64,000 nucleotides of DNA from a virus (IMGVR_UViG_3300042381_000848:1023-65022), one strand, 5' to 3'. Numbered from the stretch's first letter, positions 40,904 to 50,721 are shown. Made by a program: numbers and translations. Notes: a model not told the origin generated them from the sequence alone.

Positions 40904-41368
40904 TCAATTGATACTAAATAAACCTGAGGTATTCTGAACCATTGTAACACCTTTACCGTCATTGCCTTCATAGTCAAACCAAGACATTAACAATTGTTCT
41001 TTACCAGGATTAAGATTTAATTCAACGGTAACAGGCAATGTAACAACTTTACCGTTTTTTTCTACACCTTCATCATTATATGTTAATACGGCAATTTTTG
41101 CTTTTTTATCATATTTTAAACTTGTAAATGATTTAGTTGCAATTATACCGTTAATATTATATGTTATGGTTTGCAAACCTAAATCAAATTCATATGTTGC
41201 ATTTACTGATTCAGATAATTCTACTTGAACAACGGCATTAAAAACATCTTTATATGACATTTTTCCGTGTGCTGCGGTATATGTAGATGTACTACCGATA
41301 AGAGATACTACTTGTGAAAAGCTTACTGTGCTAATCAACGTTGCTGCTGCTAAAAATAACTTTTTCAT
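40904..41368 (-). CDS. Secreted/periplasmic protein with Bacteroidota-type signal peptide
   Basis: MKKLFLAAATLISTVSFS|Q (Gln at +1). Confidence 0.7.
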   Translation of the reverse strand: MKKLFLAAATLISTVSFSQVVSLIGSTSTYTAAHGKMSYKDVFNAVVQVELSESVNATYEFDLGLQTITYNINGIIATKSFTSLKYDKKAKIAVLTYNDEGVEKNGKVVTLPVTVELNLNPGKEQLLMSWFDYEGNDGKGVTMVQNTSGLFSIN

Positions 41369-41457
41369 GGCTTTAAAATTTAATTGTTTAATTATTTAAT
41401 TATATATATAATATATAGAATATAAATTCAATATCCAACCTATAGGTAAACTTTTTT

Positions 41458-41901
41458 ATGATAAAATTAAAAAATTTAATAACTGAATCGAATCATATGG
41501 ATATGTCATATGATATAGGTCCTAGCTCTATCAATGGTAAAGGTGTAATTGCTATTAAAATGATTCCTGCAGGATGTAAGGGATTAGCACATATTCATTC
41601 CGGTGATTTTAACAAGTATGCATATAGTGACTTAGGATATTTTATTAATCATTCCGAAACACCTAATTGTGATATCATATCAACTAACAATCGCCGCTAT
41701 ATTCGAACATTGCAAGACTTACAACCCGACGAAGAACTTACATGTAATTATTGGAATGGGCCTAAAGACTTAGAACGACCAGATGCATTCCAAAAACCAG
41801 AACATGATGATTATGGTTTACGAAAAAGTTCTGGATGGAATATTAAACAGCTAACAACCGTTTCAGAACCATATATTAAATACGTTTTAACTAGAAATTA
41901 A
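41458..41901 (+). CDS. SET-domain methyltransferase
   Basis: SSINGKGVIA, FINHSETPNC, DEELTCNY; MIKLKNLITE tag. Confidence 0.85.
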   Translation: MIKLKNLITESNHMDMSYDIGPSSINGKGVIAIKMIPAGCKGLAHIHSGDFNKYAYSDLGYFINHSETPNCDIISTNNRRYIRTLQDLQPDEELTCNYWNGPKDLERPDAFQKPEHDDYGLRKSSGWNIKQLTTVSEPYIKYVLTRN

Positions 41902-42464
41902 TTCTTTTTTACAAATCCACTTAAAAAGTCTCGTTGCTTTTGGATTGCTGAATCAAGTTCAACATTTTTTCGTTTTTTTGTATGTTGTTGCTGCACTCCG
42001 TTATTGCTAGGCAGAACATCATTCTCCACGCCATTTGATCCGGCGGTGTTTGATTTAGTTTTTCTATTAGCGGCACTAGAAATGCGTCGCTTGCTTGAAT
42101 CACCGCTTCGGCCTTCATTGTTTGACCTTGGGGCGTCTCTAAAAATTTCTGTAGCATTAAGGGGTTGTGGCCCGGCGTCAATTCGTTTTGCAAGTTCATC
42201 ATTTCCATAAGTGGCTGTTTCTTCGAATAAGATGCATCCGATATGATAACTTGTTCGATACGTTTTGATTTGAATGCCGCACGGATACGTTGTACCCAAC
42301 GAAAGAACACTGTATTGAATGCCCCAACTAACTTTTTTATATTCTTTAACATAACCATATTTTTTTGCTCCTAACCATGTAAATAAAACAGGCTCTCCTT
42401 GTTTAAAGAGAGCCTTGTTAAATTGTTTTTCTATAGATTCTGGAACGTTAGATTTCTTTGCCAT
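41898..42464 (-). CDS. Hypothetical protein
   Basis: 188 aa; small beta-type N-terminus, disordered basic tail; AAAGGT leader. Confidence 0.55.
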   Translation of the reverse strand: MAKKSNVPESIEKQFNKALFKQGEPVLFTWLGAKKYGYVKEYKKVSWGIQYSVLSLGTTYPCGIQIKTYRTSYHIGCILFEETATYGNDELAKRIDAGPQPLNATEIFRDAPRSNNEGRSGDSSKRRISSAANRKTKSNTAGSNGVENDVLPSNNGVQQQHTKKRKNVELDSAIQKQRDFLSGFVKKN

Positions 42465-42470
42465 TTACCT

Positions 42471-42914
42471 TTAATTAAAACAAATACCACTAATTTGATC
42501 TACAATATAAAATACACGCATATAACGAGTTATTTTATCTTTACGAAACATTTTTTCTTGTTCCATGTCTCGTTGCAATATATATCCGGATTCCATGAAT
42601 CGATTAATTACATGACGCATTGCTCTCAAACTATTAGCTTCTATCATAATGATCTCATCATCAATCATTACATCAACACGATCGTGATTACTAGGAGTAA
42701 CAACATTATCCGTTGTATTCTTGTTGGTATCAGCTGTATTGTTGGTATCTTGTAATGAGTTATGAATTGCATTAAAGAACCCGGCTAGATCAATTCCAAC
42801 AGCTGCAGATGTATATAAATTAAACACATAATCCAATTGTTCTTGCGAAGATAATGTTTTAAAGTAGTTATATTCATCTTTAGAGACATTAATTGATTCG
42901 AATTTTGTTTTCAT
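42471..42914 (-). CDS. Hypothetical protein
   Basis: 147 aa ORF in operon. Confidence 0.55.
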   Translation of the reverse strand: MKTKFESINVSKDEYNYFKTLSSQEQLDYVFNLYTSAAVGIDLAGFFNAIHNSLQDTNNTADTNKNTTDNVVTPSNHDRVDVMIDDEIIMIEANSLRAMRHVINRFMESGYILQRDMEQEKMFRKDKITRYMRVFYIVDQISGICFN

Positions 42915-43077
42915 GGTCGTTCTCTGTTTTAATTACAAATAATGCATCAATTTCAGTTACAGGTAACCGTTTAAGTTGAGCAATTTGTTCTCGTGCTTCG
43001 TACAAACTCGTTGCCTTTACACGACCAATTGGTTCTTGTTTAGAATCTATTTTATATGCGTATGTATACGTATTCAT
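42889..43077 (-). CDS. Small hypothetical protein
   Basis: 62 aa, late motif at 43085. Confidence 0.55.
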   Translation of the reverse strand: MNTYTYAYKIDSKQEPIGRVKATSLYEAREQIAQLKRLPVTEIDALFVIKTENDHENKIRIN

Positions 43078-43082
43078 TATAC

Positions 43083-43469
43083 TTATAAATATAGTCCTAA
43101 TTCATAAGCTCGCATGCATGATGTCAAAGAATCTTGCAAAGTTTCTGATAATTTGCTAATTTCGTGTGGACGCAAATTCATTGAATATGTTTTAATATCA
43201 ATTGAAAATGTAGATTCAGCACCAGCATTATATGTATTATTCAAATGTTCTTGTACTGACTTTGAATACATGATTAAATCTTTATATTTCATCTTAATAC
43301 TAAGTCCTGCTATTTGCAAATGACCGATCGTGCAATTCATTGGATCTTCTTTAAATACTTCAGCTGACATTTTGTTTTGAAATACAAAATCAATATCTGC
43401 CCAAGTATCACCTAATTGTTTTCTTTTCTTGTCTGAAATACCCCATGGGTGGTTTACGCTTTTTATCAT
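43083..43469 (-). CDS. Hypothetical protein
   Basis: 128 aa ORF in a tightly packed operon. Confidence 0.55.
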   Translation of the reverse strand: MIKSVNHPWGISDKKRKQLGDTWADIDFVFQNKMSAEVFKEDPMNCTIGHLQIAGLSIKMKYKDLIMYSKSVQEHLNNTYNAGAESTFSIDIKTYSMNLRPHEISKLSETLQDSLTSCMRAYELGLYL

Positions 43470-43473
43470 AATT

Positions 43474-44136
43474 TTAAAATTTATAAATGTTTACTGTATA
43501 TACATCTTTCGAATAATTATTTCGAATTGTAACAAATTGATATTTCTCTATTAACATGTCCAACATTAAGCCAGGATGTACATAAAAGAAACCATCATGA
43601 TGTGTTGTATTAATAGGATTGAGTAAATTGAATGATACTGCTTGATTAGCTACTTTATATAAGATATCAATATCATCAAATAGTTTAGTTAAATCTTCAT
43701 TTTCTGTTTGGCAACGTCTTTGCGTAAATACGCCTGATGCTACTACCCAATCGTGTGGATTCAAATCAGCAGTTTCAAAAGCTCCAACGGTAACATCAGT
43801 TAAGCCCCATTTTTGTTCGCCTAACTGCGTCATTATAGGATTATGGTCTATGGCATTATACAATACAATATCATTGTTTAACGCAGCCATTTCGCGCGCT
43901 ACATCGTATAAATCACATCGTCCGGCGCCTATATCAAGTAAACTACCACCACTAAATCCAATCAACAAGTTCTGCATAAGGAAGCGTTGTTCAGATGTAG
44001 TATTATAACCAATTGGTAGCGGACTATACATCATATAATCCGCATCTGTTGGTTGTAATGCATCCCAACGCTCACTTTCACTCGACGGAGTTGTCAAATT
44101 TTGTAAAATATTGTCAAATGCTTCTTTTGTCTTCAT
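43474..44136 (-). CDS. Class I SAM-dependent methyltransferase
   Basis: LLDIGAGRCD motif I, AIDH, DWVVASGVF. Confidence 0.8.
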   Translation of the reverse strand: MKTKEAFDNILQNLTTPSSESERWDALQPTDADYMMYSPLPIGYNTTSEQRFLMQNLLIGFSGGSLLDIGAGRCDLYDVAREMAALNNDIVLYNAIDHNPIMTQLGEQKWGLTDVTVGAFETADLNPHDWVVASGVFTQRRCQTENEDLTKLFDDIDILYKVANQAVSFNLLNPINTTHHDGFFYVHPGLMLDMLIEKYQFVTIRNNYSKDVYTVNIYKF

Positions 44137-44414
44137 TAGTCAGCTTTAACAATTGGTAGTCTATCATTATCTAATAGTTCTTTATATGGTATCGTTGTTT
44201 GAATCAAACCTGATTTACATAACAAACTAGATAAATGCTTATTGATATATGTTCTACATGATGATTGCGTGTTAACCATAATAATTGCACTACGTGTTTC
44301 TAATAACACATCATACATTAGAACTTTGTTAATTATGTAACTATCTAAGATTACACCAACACAATTAGTACCTTCTTTGGTAATAATAACTGATTCGCCA
44401 CTTTTATATGACAT
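44136..44414 (-). CDS. Small hypothetical protein
   Basis: 92 aa, coupled to both neighbours. Confidence 0.5.
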   Translation of the reverse strand: MSYKSGESVIITKEGTNCVGVILDSYIINKVLMYDVLLETRSAIIMVNTQSSCRTYINKHLSSLLCKSGLIQTTIPYKELLDNDRLPIVKAD

Positions 44415-44623
44415 TATTCAATAATTTTAATGATTCGGTTCGATGTTACTGATTTTACTTCGAAGTCAAACATAACTCCTTTAAAGTCTTCAATAACCTT
44501 TGCTTCTGCTTCTGTAACTGATAACGCTTCAACTAAATACGTTTCAGTAATTCTTTTTTCTTTTACTCCTTTTGGAGTATCAATTGATTCGATCAATTGG
44601 ACTTTTGCTGTGTAATAACCCAT
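44414..44623 (-). CDS. DUF4494-like protein
   Basis: TETYLVEALSVTEAEAKV...FEVKSV, a Bacteroidota-type motif. Confidence 0.65.
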   Translation of the reverse strand: MGYYTAKVQLIESIDTPKGVKEKRITETYLVEALSVTEAEAKVIEDFKGVMFDFEVKSVTSNRIIKIIE

Positions 44624-44686
44624 TTTAAAAAAATTTTAATTAATAATTTATATATAAAATATATGAAATAAAACTATTAATTCCAA

Positions 44687-45487
44687 TTATTTATCATTTA
44701 AGATTTTCTTTAATTTTTTCTGATTGCGATGCATATCATATGACTTGGTAATCTGTTTAACATCTAAATCAAAATTGATCATCAAGTTATCTAAAATATC
44801 AGCAATCAATTTTTGCTTTTCAGAAACCGTACGTTTCTTTTTTGAAAATGTATCAATAATATTGTTTAAGTGCACAATAAATGTTCTAGGCAAATCTTTA
44901 AGAATACGTGACTGCTTAGTATATATTTCAGATTTATCGGTTTTTTCTGATAAAACTTTATATGTGATTAATGATGATTCTGTTAATAAATCACCGTAAC
45001 CCATTATCCATTCTGTTGGAGGTCCGGGAGGTGGAGGTGGTGGAGTACTTGATTCAGTACCACTATCTGTTGGTGCACCCGATGCTGCCGGAGCGGCTTC
45101 TGCCGCCGCTTCGTCTTCAGCACCCATACCTTTAATGTCATCTAATGACAATTTCAATTCAATTGTATAATCTGTATTACGACCGAAACCTGAATAAGGA
45201 ACGATATCGATAATACCGTCTTGGCGTAATTTAGCTAATATTTCAGGAGTACAATTCAAATCTTTTCCAGTTCTACTTAAAAATTCTTGTATACCTATTT
45301 CAGAAGGTGAATATAAGATTCCTAAATGATTGGTACCTCGGGCATCAAATTTGCCTAAGAACTTTTGTTCTGCTGGAGTAAACGATGAACCTTGATCGGA
45401 ACTAGGAGCATTATCTGTTTCTAGGTTTCCGGCTGCAGGAGCTCCTTGTTCTCGTAAACGCGACTTATATTGTACTACTTTTTTCAT
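44687..45487 (-). CDS. Hypothetical late protein
   Basis: 266 aa with an Ala/Pro linker. Confidence 0.55.
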   Translation of the reverse strand: MKKVVQYKSRLREQGAPAAGNLETDNAPSSDQGSSFTPAEQKFLGKFDARGTNHLGILYSPSEIGIQEFLSRTGKDLNCTPEILAKLRQDGIIDIVPYSGFGRNTDYTIELKLSLDDIKGMGAEDEAAAEAAPAASGAPTDSGTESSTPPPPPPGPPTEWIMGYGDLLTESSLITYKVLSEKTDKSEIYTKQSRILKDLPRTFIVHLNNIIDTFSKKKRTVSEKQKLIADILDNLMINFDLDVKQITKSYDMHRNQKKLKKILNDK

Positions 45488-45669
45488 ACAGCTTTAGATT
45501 CTGCTAATTGTGTTGAACGATATTTACTAGATAATTTTTTTAATTCATTAATTGATTTGCGAGCTCTAACGCCTGCTGCTTTAACTTGTTTGTTTTGAAA
45601 GCGATCGTGATTCTCTTTGAATGATAACCAGTGCTGTTCCATTTGATCGAAAAGTTCTTGTGATGTCAT
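45484..45669 (-). CDS. Histone H1-like (Hc1-type) small DNA-binding protein
   Basis: KAAGVRARKSINELKKL...R, resembling Bacteroidota Hc1-like proteins. Confidence 0.7.
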   Translation of the reverse strand: MTSQELFDQMEQHWLSFKENHDRFQNKQVKAAGVRARKSINELKKLSSKYRSTQLAESKAV

Positions 45670-45705
45670 GTTAACCTTTTATTTTATTTATTATAAATAT
45701 CCGCT

Positions 45706-45897
45706 TTACTTAAAACGGTCCATAAATACGTGTATATTTTGATTGATTACAGTTAATTTCGTATAATCTGTTAATTCTAAAACAATATCTGATCCTACTT
45801 GATATATTTGTTGTATATGATCAACGTTAATAAATTTTAAAACAGTTTCTTTGTTTTTATCTGTAGTATTAATTGGTATGAATCTTGCATTAGACAT
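45706..45897 (-). CDS. Small hypothetical protein
   Basis: 63 aa, FINVDHIQQI. Confidence 0.5.
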   Translation of the reverse strand: MSNARFIPINTTDKNKETVLKFINVDHIQQIYQVGSDIVLELTDYTKLTVINQNIHVFMDRFK

Positions 45898-46481
45898 TAG
45901 TCACCTGTCCACATACCACCTCGCCAATCTTGATTTTTGCTAGGAGATGTTCCTCCGCTGAAATTTGAAGATGTCGTAGGATTTGAATCAACTAATTCAT
46001 CATGGTTAATATCAATAACATGTGTCACTGACAAAATATGTGCAATTATATCTTTTGTTAAATTCTTAGTAGATGTTAAACCAGATTGTAATAATTTAAT
46101 TATTTGATTGGTTTTTAACTTTGGTCCAACACTTGCTTGATACCAAGCTTCAGCCGGTAATTTGCTAGCATTTTGTTGAATAAAGTTTGCTAATGCCGCG
46201 GGATTGATATTATCAGGTATGTCAAAACGTTTCAAGTCAAGTCTATTAGTAATTACATCTGGTAATTGCATCCATTCCGTATCAGAATACTCATCAGCAA
46301 AATCCGGGCCCATATCACCATCAACAGACATCAATGCAGCTTTACGTACATCTAATGTAAGATTTTTCCAAATTTCGTTTTCATTATATTCTTTAAGAAT
46401 TTTCTTGATTCTATTAGATTCTTCTTTAAATATTTTTCGGAAAGTTTCGCTGCTTTCTAAAAGTCGTTTAAATTGTGTCAT
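45897..46481 (-). CDS. Hypothetical late protein
   Basis: MTQFKRLLE|S tag; late motif at 46502. Confidence 0.55.
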   Translation of the reverse strand: MTQFKRLLESSETFRKIFKEESNRIKKILKEYNENEIWKNLTLDVRKAALMSVDGDMGPDFADEYSDTEWMQLPDVITNRLDLKRFDIPDNINPAALANFIQQNASKLPAEAWYQASVGPKLKTNQIIKLLQSGLTSTKNLTKDIIAHILSVTHVIDINHDELVDSNPTTSSNFSGGTSPSKNQDWRGGMWTGD

Positions 46482-46514
46482 ATCAATAATCTTTTTTTAT
46501 TATAAATATATGTA

Positions 46515-48530
46515 TCAACTTAAACGTGAACGTATTTCGCTTCCGATAGTGTTATAAATATCAGTATAAATATGTGCGTCTGTTTGATTTCCGATTGCAG
46601 TTGGTATAATAGTAACACCGTTTTTTGCAAAATATGAATAATATGTATCTACTGTTTGTTGACTTACTTTTACTAACGCACCGCCACGTGCCCAAGTAGC
46701 TTTTGGCCCATATGTGCCTTTAACTACAAAAAGCTTTGCATTTGGAAATTTAGCACGAAGTTGTTTAACTAATTCAGTTACAGTATTTGATGATGTTTTA
46801 TATATACCATTAGTACCAATACAAATAACTATATTTTTAACTTCTGGATCTTTTGCGGTATAAGGTTTTACATGATTATTTAATAATCCTTCTACAGTAA
46901 TTCCACTTTTCCATAAACCAGGAGCTGCTGTTATTCCTGCAGATCTTGCAACATTTGGTGTTAATGAATCACCAATTGCAATGCTTTTACCTAATGGTTT
47001 ATTAGTTGAAGTTAAATTGCTAGTTGCTGCTGTAGATGCTCCAACGCTACTTAAAATCCATCCAGCTTCGCGTCCTCTTCTAGATTTATTTGCAGATAAT
47101 GCAGCAACGGCATTTGCAACTTGCTTAGAATCTCCGGTCTGTGCAGCATCTATAACTGTTTTAGGTATTCTACCGTAATTATATGCAACGGACGTTAATG
47201 CAGCAATTGTTGCATTATTATATTTCGACGCAATCGAGCCTAATGATTTTTTAGTTAACGGAATAAATTCGGAATTTAATCTTCGTTTCAAATCTCGTTC
47301 AGCATCTTCTTCTGTAATTGTTATATTTGGTTTTACTGCTCTATTATTAGATAATGTTACAATAGAACCGTCGGGTTTTGTAATAGTACTACTACCATGG
47401 CCGATACGCCAATTGTTAACATCCCACATTGGAGTAAGAATCATGCCTTCTTCTTTTCTAAGTATTGCAGCTGTCTGTGTAGCAATATCATCTGAAAAAC
47501 TTGCTTTATAATCGCCAAATGCATTTACTGCACTAGATATAATATTTCCGAAATCTAATGATGATTTTGTTTCATCATTTTTATCGAATATATTCTTCAT
47601 AAAATCTGGCATTAATGAACCGAACATACCAGCCCATTTTGAAAATGCTCTCGCACCTGGTTTCAATATAGCACGTGCTGTATTTTCATCTATATATCCA
47701 GTAACAGGCATTTCATTAATTGTTTGAAATGTTTTTACAGCTTGAAGTGTCGAGTCTCCGAATGTTCCTGATTTAATTTCAGTAGCATCAATTGTATATT
47801 CTAAACTTGCTAAACGACGTTGTACAACTTGCAGATTAGGTGACTTATCTCCTTGTTTAAATGATTTAAGATCAGATGCTGCACCTTTTTGTTTTTTCTC
47901 ATCATCAGTTTTATCTAAAATTTTAGGATCTATTTTAGGATCTATTTCTGATAAATATTTTAGCCATTGTTTTGCAATTATTTGTTGTCCTTCTTCATTT
48001 AACAAGATTTTATTTTTTTGAAAAAATGTTTTATTGTCAGTTAATGTATAGGCATCAATATTAAAATCAGAAATTTGTTGAGTATTTACCCAATCTGCAA
48101 TTTCGGGTGTATTTGCATATTTTACATGACCATATGGTGCAAATTCTTTGGTTGGTGGAGAAATTGTAATAAAATTGCCGCCATTATCTTCAATTGCATT
48201 AAACATGACTTTTAAAACTTCAATTGCAGATACTTTATCATTAGGCACGGTATTGCTAAACATCAATGAAACTACATTATAGTTATTAGCAAGATTTGTT
48301 TGTAATAATGATAATAATTTAGTAATATCCCCTTCTGCTGTAGAAACAACATTCCCAGTAACTACACCTGAATTTAAAATATCATATGCATAACTAAAAC
48401 GAGAATGAGTATCGCCATCGCCTATAAATAAAACATTGAGTTTATCTTTTGGCTTAGATGTTGAATCGCTAGTTCTTTCTTTATCGAAATTAGTATCTTG
48501 TTCAAACAATAAATTTTGTAGTTGTATCAT
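46515..48530 (-). CDS. Modular peptidoglycan hydrolase: SGNH-like, PG-binding, GH24-like lysozyme, SGNH
   Basis: FIGDGDT; VQRRL..GTFGDSTLQAVKTFQ..VTG; EEGMILTPMWDVNNWRIGHG..AALTSVAYNYG..RRGRE; AIGDSLT..GTN..DAH. Confidence 0.75.
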   Translation of the reverse strand: MIQLQNLLFEQDTNFDKERTSDSTSKPKDKLNVLFIGDGDTHSRFSYAYDILNSGVVTGNVVSTAEGDITKLLSLLQTNLANNYNVVSLMFSNTVPNDKVSAIEVLKVMFNAIEDNGGNFITISPPTKEFAPYGHVKYANTPEIADWVNTQQISDFNIDAYTLTDNKTFFQKNKILLNEEGQQIIAKQWLKYLSEIDPKIDPKILDKTDDEKKQKGAASDLKSFKQGDKSPNLQVVQRRLASLEYTIDATEIKSGTFGDSTLQAVKTFQTINEMPVTGYIDENTARAILKPGARAFSKWAGMFGSLMPDFMKNIFDKNDETKSSLDFGNIISSAVNAFGDYKASFSDDIATQTAAILRKEEGMILTPMWDVNNWRIGHGSSTITKPDGSIVTLSNNRAVKPNITITEEDAERDLKRRLNSEFIPLTKKSLGSIASKYNNATIAALTSVAYNYGRIPKTVIDAAQTGDSKQVANAVAALSANKSRRGREAGWILSSVGASTAATSNLTSTNKPLGKSIAIGDSLTPNVARSAGITAAPGLWKSGITVEGLLNNHVKPYTAKDPEVKNIVICIGTNGIYKTSSNTVTELVKQLRAKFPNAKLFVVKGTYGPKATWARGGALVKVSQQTVDTYYSYFAKNGVTIIPTAIGNQTDAHIYTDIYNTIGSEIRSRLS

Positions 48531-48676
48531 CTTCCTTGACTCACATATGATTTAACGTAATTCTTACTAGTTTTGTTTTTACTAGATTTGCATTTAGCGT
48601 GCACCCCTGGTCTTTTAACTTTAGGCTTTGCAATATGTGTTCTATTAGTAGCTTGTTTTATTTTTGCTGCCGACAT
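48527..48676 (-). CDS. 49-aa highly basic protein (not in ORF track)
   Basis: MSAAKIKQATNRTHIAKPKVKRPGVHAKCKSSKNKTSKNYVKSYVSQGR; AAGGAG RBS; ATGA overlap with the next gene. Confidence 0.7.
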   Translation of the reverse strand: MSAAKIKQATNRTHIAKPKVKRPGVHAKCKSSKNKTSKNYVKSYVSQGR

Positions 48677-48684
48677 GATACTCC

Positions 48685-49188
48685 TTAAAAATAAGTTTGT
48701 TCAAAATATAATAATTCAAATTTGTTATTCGGATCTATTAACATAGCCGCATTTAATAAATCAGAATATTCAATTACAGATTCCGTTTGTCCGATACGAT
48801 ACTTTGTTAAGAAATCAAATGTATTGAGATCAGAAGTAAATAATTCTTTTGAATCTGCTGTGTATGATTCAAATAATGAATATTCTAATACATATGCTTT
48901 ATTGATAACATCAACTAAATCTACAAATGATACATTTGGTTTAATAGATGGTAATAAAGGCATTACGTTCCAATCTACCAAATACTTTTGTAGACCTTCA
49001 GCATGTTCTAATTCATTCGCAGCTTCTTGTTCAAAAAACTTAGCAGCCTTTAAATACCCAATACCTTGACACCAATTGGTTGCATTGCGATAAAAATAAT
49101 GTGCTGTATATTCATCACCTAATCTACTAGTTAACCTCTTAACTGATGAATCTGCTAATGTTTTAGGCGTTTTAATCGTTATACTCAT
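48685..49188 (-). CDS. Ferritin-like protein
   Basis: DEYTAHYFY...AKFFEQEAANELEHA...LE...Q..S..E four-helix pattern. Confidence 0.8.
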   Translation of the reverse strand: MSITIKTPKTLADSSVKRLTSRLGDEYTAHYFYRNATNWCQGIGYLKAAKFFEQEAANELEHAEGLQKYLVDWNVMPLLPSIKPNVSFVDLVDVINKAYVLEYSLFESYTADSKELFTSDLNTFDFLTKYRIGQTESVIEYSDLLNAAMLIDPNNKFELLYFEQTYF

Positions 49189-49220
49189 TGTTATCTTTCT
49201 TTTTTATATAAATATATGAA

Positions 49221-49250
49221 CAGTAAAAAAGCCCCTAATTAAAGGGGCTT
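49221..49250 (-). terminator. Intrinsic terminator
   Basis: AAGCCCCT-TTAATT-AGGGGCTT then TTTTACTG. Confidence 0.85.
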
Positions 49251-49266
49251 AAAAACTATTTAATAC

Positions 49267-49497
49267 TTAATCAAATGCATTTTCCATTCTTTGTGTCATT
49301 GGATTAACTTCTTGCTGAACATATTTAATAATGTTTTCGCTTTGAGTTACAATTGTTCCATGTTCGCCATGTGTTACAACTCCGCCATTTGGACTTGTTT
49401 TTAACTTCAAGATACCGTTGCCTAAATTAGTCACTTCTATTTTCTCAGATTCTAATTGGTGAGTGTTTGTACTCGGTTCTAAAACTACTTTTTGCAT
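49267..49497 (-). CDS. Small beta-rich protein (HGEH motif)
   Basis: THQL...VVTHGEHGTI...VQQEVNP; probable partner of the upstream gene. Confidence 0.6.
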   Translation of the reverse strand: MQKVVLEPSTNTHQLESEKIEVTNLGNGILKLKTSPNGGVVTHGEHGTIVTQSENIIKYVQQEVNPMTQRMENAFD

Positions 49498-49561
49498 ATA
49501 CTATAAATTAAAGGTTACATATTAATAATAAAAAAACTATTTTGGAATTCCAACCAAACTA

Positions 49562-50326
49562 TTAACTTTGTGCAGTTAATAATTCAAAATATTGGTCTTT
49601 GCTTAAAGACACCATCTGACCCCTAGGATCAACGTCTTGTGTTAATTCAACTAACAAAATATCGCCTTGACGCTTCAATTCTTTGATAAATGGAACTAAA
49701 TTCTCATGCACGAAAAATGTTCGGGCAATTGCTTCTAACGGATCGTCACTATATTGGCGGTCTATCCAAAGCCAATGTTCATTATTTGTAGTAGTGCACC
49801 AACAACGCACTGCAAATATGTTGTTTTGTAAATTTAATTTGCGTCCATCTACTTGATGAGTTTCAAAAATTACATCATATTCGTGATATCCTAAAAATTT
49901 GCCGGATTTAGAAAATTGTTTGTGTCTAACTGGCCTTCCTGCTGTAGCAATACGGGTATGACCTAACTCCTTAATCATATCAGATACTCGGATACTACTA
50001 AATATAACAGATTTCCAAAACCCCCAAGGACATTCAAATGCTTCTCGATATGTATAAGGCTCAACCATATCGTAATTTTCTAGAAAAAAGTCTAATAAGC
50101 TACAAACTGAAGCAAGAGTTTCATCATCAAATGTCCTTTTTACTTCATCAATGAAATGTGACTCGAATCTAGCCTTATTTGAGTATTTATTTTTCAAATA
50201 TCGTAAAAATAAAAATTTACCTATTGAAACTTGCTTGCTACTCCACCTTTCAGCTGGGGCAATTATATCATTTTTGTCTGTATCGAAAAATAATTGAGGA
50301 TAATTCTTAAAAAAATATACATTCAT
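49562..50326 (-). CDS. Hypothetical protein
   Basis: Probable start 50326 (MNVYFF); AVRCWCTTTNNEHWLWI..PLEAIARTF..RQGDI. Confidence 0.6.
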   Translation of the reverse strand: MNVYFFKNYPQLFFDTDKNDIIAPAERWSSKQVSIGKFLFLRYLKNKYSNKARFESHFIDEVKRTFDDETLASVCSLLDFFLENYDMVEPYTYREAFECPWGFWKSVIFSSIRVSDMIKELGHTRIATAGRPVRHKQFSKSGKFLGYHEYDVIFETHQVDGRKLNLQNNIFAVRCWCTTTNNEHWLWIDRQYSDDPLEAIARTFFVHENLVPFIKELKRQGDILLVELTQDVDPRGQMVSLSKDQYFELLTAQS

Positions 50327-50336
50327 AGCTAAAAAA

Positions 50337-50564
50337 TTAAAGGTTACAATATACGTGATCTTGTTGTGACTTTCCGTCTTTGCTGGTATATGCCCAAATG
50401 CCATATTGTTCGCCAGAAATAAACTTGCCTTGCCAAGCTAAACGACCCGATGGCCAATATCCTGTAAATTTACCTGTTTTTGCATGGGGAGAATCAGAAC
50501 TTCGTCCCGGCCATCCATATTCCAAAGCACGTTGTTGTGCTTGTCTTACTTCTAAATCCGTCAT
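50337..50564 (-). CDS. Small protein with MORN-variant-like repeat
   Basis: GKFTGYWPSGRLAWQGKFISGEQYGIWAYTSKDG; AAAATAAGAGA leader; early-like promoter near 50585-50640. Confidence 0.6.
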   Translation of the reverse strand: MTDLEVRQAQQRALEYGWPGRSSDSPHAKTGKFTGYWPSGRLAWQGKFISGEQYGIWAYTSKDGKSQQDHVYCNL

Positions 50565-50646
50565 TATCTCTTATTTTTAATTATACTATAAATATAAGGA
50601 ATAAATCAATATGATCCTAGCATTTTGGCAAAAAAGTTTCACAAAA

Positions 50647-50678
50647 CAGTAAAAAAGTGCAACATTGCTGCTGCACTC
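50647..50678 (-). terminator. Intrinsic terminator
   Basis: AGTGCAGCA-GCAA-TGTTGCACT then TTTTTACTG. Confidence 0.8.
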
Positions 50679-50721
50679 TATACGTTTACCTCAAAACGTA
50701 TTGCCTAAGGTAGCAGGCATT

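Noticed and set aside
41921-42358. 145-aa alternative-frame ORF nested in 41898-42464
   Set aside because: Same-strand nested frame with no leader or motif; the longer frame has an AAAGGT leader and fits the operon
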